64,000 nucleotides of DNA, taken from Blastocystis sp. Blastoise. Its lineage: Eukaryota > Protista > Bigyra: Opalinata. Both the position numbers and the translations under genes were made by a program. Position 1 is the first letter of the stretch. Each line of letters starts with the position of its first letter. Of this stretch, positions 1 to 19,593 are shown piece after piece. The stretch spans positions 868,001 through 932,000 of the forward strand of contig JBBPEB010000033.1 in NCBI GenBank assembly GCA_039096225.1, written 5' to 3'. The notes under the pieces were generated by a model, which was not told the DNA's origin, did not search any database, and worked only from the letters and a program-made list of their open reading frames with translations.

Positions 1-3000
1 TATATGTAGAACTAGGAGTACCATCATCCATATAAACAAATTCATTATTAAATAATAAAAGACTAGCATCAAAACTTAAATCATGAGTTTCTCCATATCT
101 ATGTATTTCAACACTAAATATATTTTCACCTTCATTTATATATTCATGAATAGGTATAGTATTTGTAATAATTATAGAAGTATCAAATGTTGATGTAGCT
201 ATTGTTGTAGAATCTACTTGGTCTGGTAAATGATATTTATATATTTGTTTTCCATTCATATAGGCAATCATACCATCTTTAACACGTAGTTTTAATTCAA
301 AATAATAAACATTATCAAGAGAAGAAGGAGTAAATATTTTTCTATAATAAGTAGTAATACCATTTAAATTTTCATAAGATCCTGTTAAACTAGAAGACCA
401 TGTGTCATCATTAAATGAAATAGTATTCCAGTTAGAATCAATTATATTTGATTCTGGAGAATAATATTTCCATTGAATTGTATTCATAAAGAATCCAGGA
501 GGAGCAATATTAAATTGTAAAATAATTGTTGTAGATTCATAGAAATTCTCTCTTGTTCCTTTTATAGTATATTTAGTTATATTAGGCATAGATGAAACTG
601 ATCCTTGTATAACACCTGTTTCAGAATTGAATAGAAGACCTTCAGGAAGAGGAGGAGAAATAGTATAAGTATATGTATTATCATATTCATTAGGAATTAT
701 ATTTATATATTCACCAAGATAATATGTAAAACTATATTGATTATATTCAATAATAGCAAAACCACTACGAACACATCCTAAATAATTTATTTCATATGAT
801 TTATCGATACATTCTGAAAATATATATCCAATAAAACCTGAACCACATTCAGTATAGACTATCTCATGTGTTGTTGCACCTCTAAATACATCAGATGGTT
901 CACATATATATGAATCATTAATAGATATTGTAGATAATTCTACTTCAGATGCTTCTACTCCATCTACGCAATTACTTCCTAAATCAAATTTTAACTCATA
1001 TTTATTATAAGATATATGATGATATAATAAAATATCTACAGAAGAACTAGTAAATATATATTCATTTCTAAAATATAATTGAGTCCAAGTTTTTCCATTA
1101 TCATTAGAACCAGATACTTCAAAAGTATTAGGATTACGTTTTGTTTCTGTTCCTTTATAGAATGTAATATCATTAATAGAATGACGTTCTCCATTATTAT
1201 AAGTAATTATAAAAGCATTATCAGCACCACAATTATTTGAATTGAATTTTGTAGAATAATCACCATCAAATGCTTTATCATATGTTTCATGATATCTATC
1301 ATCATTATAACCAGGATATATAGAACTAATAGTACCTTTACCAAATAAAGATAATTTTTCTTTATACAAAAATAATTCTGCATCAAATCTTAAATCATTT
1401 ATATCACCATATCTATGTGTTTCTATAGTTAATATATTTTCACCATTAATTATATATTCATCAATAGAACCAGTATTTGTAACCGTAAGAAGCGATGTTA
1501 AAGAAGAAAGAGCTTCTGTAGTAAAATCAAAAGTATCAGGCATATTATATTTATATATTTCTTTACCATTAAGATAAGCTACAATACCTTCAACAAATTT
1601 AAATTTTAAATCAAAATAAATCAATTCAGCCGAATTATTTATATTAAATTTAGTTCTATAATATGTAGTAATTCCATTTAAGTTTTCATATTGTTCAGTT
1701 AAAGCAGAAGACCAATTAGAATCATCAAAATCTATAGATTTCCAATCATTCGACATTGATTCAGAACTAGAATAATATTTCCATAATACATTATTAAATA
1801 CTAAACTTCTAGTAATAGCTGGATTTACTTTAATTGAAATAGTAGTAGAAATAGATCCACCATTATTTGTAGCAGTAATAGTATATAACATTTCAATTTT
1901 TGTATTTATAGGTTTACCTGATATTTTACCAGTAGTTATATCTAATGATAATCCATCGGGAAGAGAACCAATAATAGTATATGTAAGTGATTCACCATCA
2001 ATAGTAGGAATAATATTATAATCTAAATTTTGTTCTAAAATATATGTATTTTCAGGATAAGAGAAATCTTTAGGAGGTGTAAATATACATCCATTTTCAC
2101 TCGATTGTAATATATTATTTTCACAAAGTCTATATAAAGCTCCGAGTTGTCCTTCAGGACAAGATTGAACAGAATAGCCATCATTTGTTGCATCAGGCCA
2201 TTCATTATCTCCTTGACAATCATTATTAACAGTCATAAATGTATAACCTAATAATCCCATTCTTAAATTACCTTTAGTACAATAATCATATTGATTTGAT
2301 ATACTACATTGAGTAACAGTAAATTTATATTCATTATAAGGTATAGAATTATAAAAAGAAAAAGTAGCATGTTGAGTAGTAGTAGTCCATATAACATTGA
2401 TTCTACTATCTAATAATGTCCAAGTAGTACCATTATTATTACTTCCATGAATAGTCCAACCTGTAGGATTATTACTAAGACATGTATTTGATGAATAGAT
2501 TTCATAACCATTAATTATTTCTTTATTATAATTCAGTTTCTGTAAGATTAATTCAGCACCAATACATCCTCCTTCAAGAAGCATAGATGTAATACGATTA
2601 GCATCAAATACTTTCTTTAATTCATTTATATCATATTTATCATTAGGATTTACAATTATTGTATTATCCATACTTGATGTACCAGAAGTATATTCTAATA
2701 TACACTTAAATGAATAATTTTCAATAAGTAATTGAGTTCTATGAAACTCGATAGCTATAGTATTTATACCCTGTTGGAAATATATATTATTTAACAAAGG
2801 AAGCGTAATAGTATATTCATTGTTTATAAAATCTGAAGAATAAGCAAATATATCTTTAGTAATAATACCATCAGGAAGATGAAGACGATCTATTTCTTTA
2901 CCATTTATATATAAAACCATACCAGCATATACTTGAATAGTTATCTTAATACCTTTATAATTATTCATTTGTTCTCCAAGAGTAAAAGTATGTTGATAAT

Positions 3001-6000
3001 ATTGAGTAATTTCATTTGAAGTGGGTAGTGTCAAAGGATTATATTTCATCCATGTATTATCAACAAATGCAATAGTATTCCAATTGGAAGGTGGTTCAGT
3101 ATTATCACTTAAATAACTCCATATAGTACTAGAAGAGCCTGTGATTGTTTTTATTGAAAATGAGACATTAATAGTAGTATAAGCATTAACACTAAAATAA
3201 GATAATTGTTTATTATAACGAAGAGAGTTAAATGTAACAGTAGTTATAGCAGATGAAATAATTCTTTCAGTAACAAATTGGAATGGATAAGAACCAATAG
3301 GTAAACAATAATTAAATTGTGGAGTACCAATATATTGTGTACTAGGCTTAGAATCAATTATATTATTATTACTATCTGAAAGTGTCCATGAGACATGTTT
3401 AGTTTCTACATTTTCCATAACAATTTGTATAATATCATTTTCATTAGGACATTGAGCAATTCCTATAGTAAGTGTAGTAGATATTGCTACATTATTTTGT
3501 ATAAATGCAGTAACAGTATATAGAGTAGAAGGAGAAACATTAAGAATTGATCCATAAATATGACCATCTGAAGAATCTATATATAAGCCATTAGGAAGTT
3601 CAGGAGTAATACCAAACAAATAGCAATTGTTACAAACTGTATATGGATAACTTATTGTTGTTTCAAAATAGAAAATATTATTTTTAGGAATATATTCAAA
3701 ATCTTCAGAATAAGTAGGTTCTCTATTTACATAGAATTCTAATTCTCCAATAGATACTTGTGTATCTGGAAGATGATCTCGAGTAGATAAAATATGAAGT
3801 GAATAAACAGTATATATACCTCTATTCTTATGAATAGGGAAACATTTTCTCATTCCTCTTTCTGTCCATTGAACATTTGATTGTAAATCTAATCTTTTAG
3901 TAATAGTTTGATCACTATTAGATCCAAATAATTCCCATGAAGAAATATCATGAGATTCATCATTAGCAGAAGAAATAATACAATATTTACTAATATGTTT
4001 AGGATTATTTTCCATATAATAAATAAACCAAAGAAGATTTGATTCTGATTTTGAAATACTATTCCATGAAGACATCCAATGATGATCCACTAGATTCAAA
4101 TAATTAGATTCTAAATCATTTGTAGTAACAAGTCCAGTAATAGGTAAAGGAATAGTAGAATCATAGAGAAGATGAACAAATAAATCCCAAGTAATATCAA
4201 TTGAAGTTTCAACATCAGTTGGTTGTATAAGAGCAACAGCTATATTAAGAGATATATCACTTTCTACAGAAATAGGAATAGTTACACTAATTAATCGTGG
4301 AGATTCTACTTGTTCTGTAGCATGAGTTGTAGGAGTAATAACCTCATCAGTAATACCATAACGATAGATTTCTTCACCATTCATATAAATAAGTGTACCA
4401 TACTTTAGTGTGAAATAAACTTCTAAACCAGTTACAGAAGGAGTTAAAATATAATCTACCTTTTCACGAAGAAGAAGAATATGATTAGTAGATTGAAGAG
4501 AAGAAGAGAAAGATTTTCCAGACCAATTAGAATCATCATAATCAATACTATTCCATGTATTTACATCTGTTGATAATAAGCCAATAGAATATTTCCATTT
4601 AGAATATGAACGTATAACAAGATTCGTATTAATAGTATAGGAAACATGTCCTTCAGTATTATATAACATTGTAAACGATCCTATACCAATTGAATTATCT
4701 CCATCAACTTCTAAAGATATCTCTATATAAGTATTATTTGCCCATATAAAATTAGTTGTATCCATAAGTTTTACAGTATATATATCTTCTGAGACACTTT
4801 GACGAATAGTAACTACTTCTTCATTTTGATTATTATGTGAATATATAATAGAATTACCCTTTAAAATAGACCATTGAGCATTATTTGTAGTAGGATTACC
4901 TATATGACTATTTATAACAAGAGTAAATTCACCAGGAAGAAGATAAAAATAAACATTAATATATATAGGAACAAAAGTTTCATAAGAATGACCATATTTT
5001 GATGTAGCAAATACACGATATTCAATAGTCTCTACTTCATATAATGGAATACCACTAATAATACCAGTATTAGCATCAATAGAGAGACCTTCAGGAAGAT
5101 CTGGAGTAATACTATAAGCTTCAAATAGAGAAGGAACAGGAACAATAGATACAGGAACATGTTGAGGAAGAGAATAAGTAGTAGATGGATAATGTAAATC
5201 AGCAACAGTATATTCATAATCAGATATACCTATATTAAATTCAGACATTTGAGTCATATCACTACCTGCATTATGATAGAAAATTAATCGTATTCCATTC
5301 CATATTTTAGGATTAAATTCAAGAGGAATAATTTTCTCCATAGATCGTTCATCAAAATACATATCAAATTTAGAATCTAATAATATCCATGTTGTTCCAA
5401 GATTATCTGTAACATATAATTCCCAAGAAACAGGATCTCTATCTTGATATTCATTATTACTTACAATAGAATAATAATTAAACCAATAATGCATATTATT
5501 AAAGATATAAGTAGTTGTTGAATTTTGACCTTCAAATATATATTGTGTAGAGATATCATTATCAAAGAAATTAGAGCATGTGTGAAATGAAGAAGTATCA
5601 GTATCACTAGAGCAAGAAGATGTACCTTTTTCTGTCTTTAAAGTTACTATATAGAGGAAATATAGTGTATTTTTATAACAATAAAAATGAATTGATAATA
5701 TAAGATTAATAATTTTATTAATAATAGATATCAGAATAATTAAATAAATTTATATATATATAAATACTAGGTTGGGTAATATTTTGTATATACATATAGA
5801 ATGGATCAGCCATATTAATCATATCTGATGAATAATGTATTTCTATACCAATAATAACAGTCTCAGGATCTTCAGCATAGAAACGAGGTTTCATTGTTAC
5901 ACTATATAGAATAAGAATTATTATTATGATTTTTAAAATAAATAATAATGTTTTTTATAATAATAATATATAATAGTATACGTTTGTTTTGTAGAAACAA

Positions 6001-7046
6001 GAGCTACTAAAGACTCAGTAGTAGGTGTTATTATATCCCTAAACAAAGAAATTATAATACATAAATTATAATACATAAATTATAATAAAATATTCTTTTA
6101 AATCAATTATAATAAATCAATTATAAAGAAATAATTTTAAATATAAAAAAAAAATCTTATATACGTTGGTAATCCATATCTTAATATTTCTTCATTATTT
6201 CTATAAACAACATAACCTGATTTAACTGCAAATTGAAGTTTCAAAGCTAGTATACTTAAGTCGGTAACACTATAAGCAAGTCTATAATAACGAGTTAAAG
6301 AAGTTATAGATCCATATCCATCAGATGATGAATCATTCCAAGTTGAATCATCATAATCCGCATTAAGCCACTCTTTATTTTCTTGAGGAATATCAGTAAA
6401 TTTCATTACTTCTTCAATCGGTTCTTCATAATTAACTATAAAGGAATTATTTCGTATTTAAAAAAACTGAATAAGCAAAAAAAATAATAATAAAATATAC
6501 TACATACTTATAAATGTTGTTTCTGAGCTTCTTCCAGTAGTAAGTCTCTCTTTTAAATAAAAAGATGCTAGTTCAGAAGAAAATTCAATATAAGAATCTG
6601 TTGACCAACCATCACCATAACTATATAAAACATAAAAAGTAGATAAAAAAAAATAAGATAGAAACATATAATTATTTTTTTTTATAAATATAAATAAATG
6701 TTAATATAAAACATAAAAAATAAAATACCGATCGGTCATTACAATTGTATAAACTTGATTCACAAGAAAACAACTTTCATATTCTTCTTTTTTATAGGAA
6801 GAAGACTGTTGACCATCAAGGGTAAAGAAAACAGACGACTCTAGGATTTCAGTTCCTGTATAAACAGTCAGAGCTTCTTCATATCCATATATTTGATATT
6901 GTCTAGTCATTTTAACAGGTATTTTATGTCTCTCACATTCAAGAGAGTCTATAATGAGAGAAAAAAAGAAGTGTAAGCAAACGAATTCAAAAGCATAGAA
7001 ATATACAAGAAAGACAAAAAAGAACGTACAACAATAGTAACTTCAT
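1..7046 (-). CDS. Large secreted/surface protein with He_PIG-type Ig repeats alternating with galactose-binding/F5-8C-like jelly-roll domains; 3' end lies outside the window
   Basis: ATG at 7046 gives a spliced signal peptide MKLLLLYVLFCLSYS. Six GT-AG introns precede a ~5.6 kb exon that reads open to position 1. Repeated motifs such as ITPDLPEGLSIDANTGIISG, ITPELPNGLYIDSSDGHIMG, SLPDGLSLDITTGKISG and ISPPLPEGLLFNSETGVIQG, plus W..IDFDDSNW and DRDPVSWELY motifs. Confidence 0.75.
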
Positions 7047-8079
7047 TTTATTTTTATAAATAAATAAAAATGAGAATATCTTGTTTGTAAAAAAGTAATA
7101 AAAGTTTTTATTTAAGTCGTGTGATGCGTCATAGGTTGTCTTGATTGTATGGAGCTCTTCTCATGAATAGCCAATAAACTATTATTATCTGATCAAAAGT
7201 GGAAACTGTATGGTTTAATTGATCAAAAAATTCCCCAAAAAGACTCCATTCAGTAAAGAGGCGGTTTATTTGATCCAATCAATAACGAAGTTGCTAGGTA
7301 TTTAAATCATTCAAGGGGATAAGACGGTATAATAAAAGAAACAAGAAAAAAGATGAAATGATTGGATTAAAACTGCCAATAATAATAAATGAAGAGACTC
7401 ATCATTTTGCTAAAGAAAATAAAAGTCAGATCTTTATAGATTTCTTTAGTATTCTTCTTATTTTCTTGATGGTTTTAGCACAAAACAAGATCGCATCATA
7501 ATATTGGGTAATGCGTTGTTTTTTAATAGACTTTTTATTCTTTATTTATACTAAAAAGAGAGATCTTCTTTTTTTTTTGCTAAAAATATATTTTTTAAGT
7601 TTATGAAAGCAACAATTATTGTTTTGAAACATTAAGTGCAGTAAGCATTTAGTATTTCATGTAGTTGATCAAAACTTAAGATGTAAAAAACATTTTTTAA
7701 TTTTTTTTTTAATGCTATTTGACAAGATTAGCACAGATTATATATGTGTAATAGCTTGAGATGATAATAGAATATCGTGATAGAATAGAGAATCTCAAAA
7801 TAATGAAAAGTTAAATAGTTTGATGTGATCAATAAGTTTTTTTCATTTGTTTTTCTTAAGTCATCCAGTTTGACTTTAAAACTATTCAAGGAATAGTCGT
7901 GATTCTATGAAAAATCATTTTTGAATAGGTTTTTTCTTATGTATATCTTATTTTATAGTTTATATCATCAAAAATATCAAGAATACATATGGTATTTTTA
8001 AAAAAGAAAAATATCCTTTTTATATAAAGAGAATAATAGCAAAATAAAGATCAACAAGAATTATATCCTCATTCTTTTA

Positions 8080-8938
8080 TTATAATAAATATTTTTCAAA
8101 CCCTAAACAAACATTAACCCCTCCAAATCCAAAGGAATTACTCATACCACTTAATATATCCTTTCTATATATAGATATAGTGTATAAGATAGACATAGAT
8201 ATATTAAGTAAGATATATATAGATATATATAGATATGGTGAATAATAAAAATATATATAAACAAGAAAAAAAATATAAAAATACTTTATAGGTGTTTTTC
8301 CAATTAAATGTATATAATCCTTTTTATTCTTAGAATGTTCTTTATATAAATTGGAATCAATTTCATCTAAATGAATCATAGGAGGTAATATATTTGTATA
8401 TAATGCCATAACCGTAAATATAGCTTCTATTGCTCCTGCAGCACCTAATAAATGGCCTGTACTTCCCTATATACATAAGAGAAAGAAAGAAATAAAATAA
8501 TAAAAAATATATATAGAGAGAAAAATAATTTAATAAATAAAAAAATATATAAAGAGAAAGAAAGAAATAAAATAATAAAATATATATATAGAGAAAATTT
8601 AAATAAATAGCCTATATATACTTTCGTTGAAGAAACATAAATATCTTGTTTTATAATTTCATTAGCTATTGTATTAATACTATTATACTCAATACTATCC
8701 CCCAATGGTGTTCCAGTAGCATGTGCATTGACATAGCCAATCTGATTGGTTGACATAGTTGACAGAGTATCTCTCATAGCTCTATATATAAATTATAATT
8801 ATAAAAAATACTTATAGAATAATTAACTTTTATACTTAATAGCTCCTCTTCCTTCAGGATGTGGTTGAGTGACGTTGTATGCGTCACTAGAATATCCATA
8901 TCCTGTCAATCTACCGTGATTATTAAGAAAAACATTTA

Positions 8939-8986
<48 letters not shown>

Positions 8987-9450
8987 AAGATATATATATA
9001 GTAGCACCTCGTTTCAAAGCTTCTTCTTCTTCTTCTAATACCAATATACCTATAAGTATAATACTAATAATAATATATATATATATATATATATACCTGC
9101 TCCTTCTGCCATAACAAATCCATCCCTCTCTTTATCAAACGGACGGCATGCTCTCTCAGGAACACTATTAAAATGAGTGGATAGAGACCGTGCCGCTGAA
9201 AACCCATGAAATCCCATGGGAACCAGAGGCATTTCTGTTCCTCCCGCCAAAACCATTTTTGCACGATTCTCTTGAATTAATCTCTATATATATATAACAA
9301 TTATAATTTAAATTTTATTCTACATATATATATTTATATATAGAGAAAAAGTATGATTTCTTATTTATAATTATATAAATATATACATATCCTTCAGCTA
9401 TAGCATTAGCTCCTGCTGCACAAGCCGTAGAACTTGAAAATATTCCACCC

Positions 9451-9492
<42 letters not shown>

Positions 9493-9622
9493 TATTAATA
9501 TACAATATTTATACAATAATATCAGTAACAACTATAAATAAATACTTCTAAATCATATCTCATAGATATTTGCCCTGCAGGACTATTCCCTAATATACGA
9601 GGAATAAAGAATGGGGATAATC

Positions 9623-9671
<49 letters not shown>

Positions 9672-10248
9672 TAAAAATACTTTGGATTCGTTTTGTTTTC
9701 TATTAATAGATGACTATTATAAATCTCTTCTATATTTGATATTCCTGTACCAACGCTAACACAACAATCTTCAGAACGATATATAGTTTGTTTCTCATCT
9801 AAATGAGCCATCTATAAATAGTCTATTTAAATTAATTTTGTAAAGCATACTTTCATTGCCTCATCGGCTGCTGCTAATGCATAGGCAATATATAATGGAC
9901 TCTGAGAATATTTATGAGTAATATATTTATGAATATCAAATTCACCTAAAATATTACATATATTAAATTTAAAGTATCTTGTTTACCTTCTTTAGTACCT
10001 TTCGGAACAATTCCTGCAACCTTTGATTTACAATACTTGAATTGACCATCTTCTAATGCCTAATAGTTTGTATATTTTAAAAATAAATATTTTATATTTC
10101 TTACTCTTATTCCATTCTTCCCATCGACCAAGTTCTTCCAAACAATCTCAGTACCTACTCCCAATGGAGTCACCAAACCCATACCAGTAATCACAACATT
10201 CTTTCTTAAAATAGATGAAGAATATGATCTATATAATTTCGATATCAT
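8080..10248 (-). CDS. OXSM: Mitochondrial 3-oxoacyl-ACP synthase (FabF/KAS II type), multi-exon
   Basis: N-terminal targeting-like peptide, then NVVITGMGLVTPLG, SSSTACAAG, ACRPFDKERDGFVMAEGAG, YVNAHATGTPLGD, GHLLGAAG and SNSFGFGG. Confidence 0.93.
8916..8993 (-). other. U12-type AT-AC intron in OXSM
   Basis: Intron reads ATATCTTT...TTTTCTTAATAATCAC and no GT donor is available. Removal gives KRGATIY|GRLTGYGYSSDA, matching the KAS motif RGAxIYxxxxGYG. Confidence 0.85.
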
Positions 10249-10333
10249 CACACTCAAGAATACTAATGATTTTTAAAGAAAAAATACTTTTTTCATTTCA
10301 TTATTGTTTTTTCTTTTTTATTTAGTATTAAAA

Positions 10334-11409
10334 ATGTCATTATTACTAATTCTGTTTATTATTGTTTTCATCTTATGTTTACTTATTGTATTCCTCTATT
10401 ATAACTTCAAAAGAAATGGGTCTCCGAAGAAAGATCAACATAAAGTGATGGTAGTCTTAGGAAGTGGTATATGATTTTATTACAATTGTTTTGTAGAACA
10501 TAAGTATGATATCTTTAGGTGGTCATACAACAGAAATGTTAAGTATGATCTCAAAATTGAATCCTGATCGTTATAATCCATTTGTATTTTTAATCGCTGA
10601 AACAGATACACAAAGTGAAAACCTTTTACATAATGCAAATGTAAGTCAATATTCATTTTTTTTTAATAATGTTCTATTTAGTTACCTTTCAAGTATTCAG
10701 TTCAAAGAATTAAAAGAAGTAGAGAAGTATACTTTTATATTAAGAATGCATATAACGATATAGGTAGGTCAATCCTATTTTTCATCCATTTTTACAACGT
10801 TGAACTCATTCACTCATTCTTTGAAAACTGTATATATGGAAAATCCTTCATTGTTACTTATTAATGGTCCAGGTAAAATTATTATTGTAAAAAGATTTAC
10901 TTTTTTTTATTTTATGTGTTTTTGTTTCTATTTTATTACTTTTTTCTGTATAATGTTTTTTATAATAATATATAGTATTATTATTTTTTTAATTCTATTT
11001 GTTAGCTTTATTTTTTATTATTCTTTATTCTAATTCATATTATATAGGAACTTGTATTCCTATATTTATATGGATAATATTACTTCGTTCAATAAATGTA
11101 CTTCAGTGTAAAACTATTTTTGTAGAGAGTTTCTGTCGTGTAGAAAAGTATATATATTATTCTTATTATGTTTTTTTTTTATTATATATATTTATTTTTA
11201 ATATATTTTTTTATTTTTATTATATCTTTTTATTTTATTATATATATTTATTTTATATATATTCGCTATTTTTCTATGAATTATATATTATATATAGTTT
11301 ATCTCTTTCTGGAAAGATCGCATATCCATTGGCTGATGTATTTATTGTCCAATGGAAACAACTCCTTCAGAAACACAATAAAGCCAAATATATTGGTATA
11401 CTCGTATAA
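10334..11409 (+). CDS. ALG14: UDP-GlcNAc transferase subunit ALG14
   Basis: N-terminal TM helix; spliced VMVVLGSGGHTTEM, RSREVGQS, LLINGPGTCIP, FVESFCRV, LSLSGKI and FIVQW; five GT-AG introns. Confidence 0.93.
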
Positions 11410-12565
11410 ACAATCGTAAAATATAATTATTTGAATGAGATATCTTTATCTTATATTTATAACTATCATCACACACAATCTCTTTCTTATCTTATATATG
11501 TATATACTATTCTTTATTTCATTTTTATAATGAATGATTGAATAGAAAGTATTTTTTATTCAGTTAAAAGCAGATCTTTTTTTCTTTTGTTTGTTTTTTT
11601 ATATGTAATCTTATTCATTATTTTTTAATGTTTTATTATATATGAAAAACAAAAATTATTAAACACAGAGATAAACTAGAATAGTTTTTTTATCATATAC
11701 ATATATCATTGATATTATCATCATTTTTATTTTATTTAAAAGAATTTCTAGTTATTATATACCTTTATTTGTCCAATTATGATGTATTCCTACTGGGACT
11801 TCAACAAAGTGTATAACTAAATAATAATTATTTATTATATACTTTTTTTAACATGATTATAAGGAAGAAGATAGTATTCATTATGAGAGATATATATAAA
11901 GAGCAATGTTGTTATTAGCAGCTCATCTTAGGAAGATTCTATAGCCTTTCAGGATATATATATGTAATAAATGATTATCTTTTCTATTCATTTTTAAGTA
12001 ATTACAAACAATATATAGTGTATCCCTCAATATAGAATATTGTATATCATTATATCTTTTATTTATAACAATGTTATTTATTTTTCTGAATTATATGATT
12101 ATAACTCAAACATATTTATTATTTCTTTCCTTATTTTATTAGTTACTTCATTTATATCTTTTTTAAATAAAATCTATAATAAATACAACATATTTTTGTA
12201 TGCCAATTAGTTCTTGTTATAATAATAAACCCAGCACATGTTCTTATTCTTCATTTATTATAAAACATTAAAAAACATGATATAAATAATCCTATATTAC
12301 TCTATATTATATATAAATTATTATATGACTAAAATAATAAATAAATAATTCATAATCACATGAATAATAATAAAAATGTTATACAATTACACTAATTAGT
12401 GAATCCTTATAGAAATATTATATTTTTCAAACAACTTTCTACTATTCTGACAATAACGCTTCACCAAAATATAATCTATGATAATAAGTTCATATTATAA
12501 ACTATATAAACAAAACCAACAAATAGAATTGAATTATTAAATAATGAACAAAAACCGTTTTAGAA

Positions 12566-17390
<4,825 letters not shown>

Positions 17391-17754
17391 AAAAATGATG
17401 GATAAAAATTATAATAAAAAAATGCAAGAAAAAAAGAAAAAATCCCGCCATGTTTCACCAAAAACAATGATTCTTGTCAAAATGTAACTTGCAAATAACA
17501 CAATTTTTTTCATTATTTATTATTTTACATATAAAACAAACAAAATAAATGGTTTTTTGTATAAATAACAATCAAGAAGCAAACAATATAGTAATATTGA
17601 AAAGATTTATATAACAGAAAGCAAAAGTTAATATTATAAAATATAAAAAAACTCATTTTTAAACAGATCTAAGACATCTATATAAGGATACAAGAAACAG
17701 TGTAGATATAATAATATATTTCATATATGTAGTTAAATCAAATAATTAAAGTGT

Positions 17755-19549
17755 CTAATTTAATCCACCGAACATATCACCACCGCTCATTCCTCCAAAC
17801 ATATCACCTCCAGAAGGATTACTATCCATTCCTCCAAACATATCACCTCCAGAAGGATTAGTATTCATTCCTCCAAACATATCATCACCACCACTCATAC
17901 CTCCAAACATATCGGCTTGAGCAGCAGGAGCAGTAGGAGCAGCATCTGCAGAGAAATTAGGATCAAAGCATGAAGGAGCAGCAGGAGCAGGAGAAGGAAC
18001 AGTAATAGCAGCTAATTGTTTCATGTAAGACTCAATTTGATCAGCTTCTCTCTATAATAAATATACATTATATAATGCTTGTGAAAATATATATTTAAGA
18101 TAAAACCAATATGTATATAAAATTTATTATAATTATAATATAGAGATAATAATACTAATAATAATATACTTCAAGTCTATCAAATTCATCCATATTATCA
18201 TTATTAAGAGCATCTTCCATATCATTTTGTTTCTTTTGGAATAAAGCTTGAGCAATACCACCTAAACGTTGAGCTTCTTGAGGACTCATCATATTTCCAC
18301 CCATAGAAGGAGAAGTAGCAACAGGAGCAGGAGCAACAGGAGCTACAGAAGCTACAGAAGCAGCAGGAACAGCATTCATACCACCAAACATATCATCCAT
18401 ACCCATAGTAGGAGCAGCAGGAGCAGCAGGAGCAGCATTCATACCACCAAACATATCATCCATACCCATAGTAGGAGCAGGAGCAGGAATAGGTTCAGGA
18501 GCAGCTACAGGAGCTACAGGAGCAGCATTCATACCACCAAACATATCATCCATACCCATAGTAGGAGCAGGAGCAGGAATAGGTTCAGGAGCAGCTACAG
18601 GAGCTACAGGAGCTACAGGAGCTACAGGAGCTACAGGAGCAGCAGCCATACCACCAAACATATCATCCATACTCATAGTATTAGGAGCATCAGGAGTAGG
18701 AGCAGTCATACCTCCAAACATATCATCCATACCCATAGTAGGAGCAGGAGCAGATACAGGAGCAGAAGCTACTTCTATAGATTGAGAATCATCTACAGAT
18801 AAAACAGAAGCCTTTCTAGAGCTCATAGAACCACGACGTCCTGAGAGTCTATCAGAGGATAAAATATAGTTACCAATACAAGCAGGAACATGAGGAGCTT
18901 CTCCATCAACACCATTGCTAATAAAAGCTTGAAGAGCATCAATATAAGCTTGTACTTCAGTTTGTTCATTTGAAAGAAGATCACAATCATCCCATCTTTC
19001 TTCAGTAGTAGCCTTTTCAAGATCAGCTTCAAATTCATTATTCTTAACATTAGCAATATTAAGATAATTTTGAGCAGTTTCAACAGAAATAATATTTGAT
19101 TCAGGTTCTTGAGCATCTTCAACATTATTATCCATATTCATATCAGGAATAGTAGAATATTCAACTTCAGGAGCAGGAGCTTCAACAGACATAACTACAG
19201 GTTGTAATACAGTAGGTTGAATAGCTATATCGACAACATCTTCTTGTTCACTATTAGTTTCTTCACCAAGAGCTTCAACATTACGTCTAGCAGAGATATC
19301 ATTCAAAGTAGCCATAGAGATATTATAATTAGCTTCTATAAGAGCAACAAGAGATAAGAAGTAAGGATCAGTATCATTAGCAATCTTCTTCATATGACGT
19401 AAACAACGACGATATAATCTAGCATTATATTGTTCTAAATCTAATTGTCTGAAATCTAATACCTTTACAGCTTCATTATAAGTTTCTTTCTTAGACTATA
19501 TTATATAAGAATATAATTAAAATAGATTATTATTATTAAAAACATAATT

Positions 19550-19593
<44 letters not shown>

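Noticed and set aside
8107-8114. TGTTTGTT near the end of OXSM suggesting a poly(A)-generated stop
   Set aside because: It lies inside the conserved GGxNxxL C-terminal coding motif, and a genomic TAA follows.
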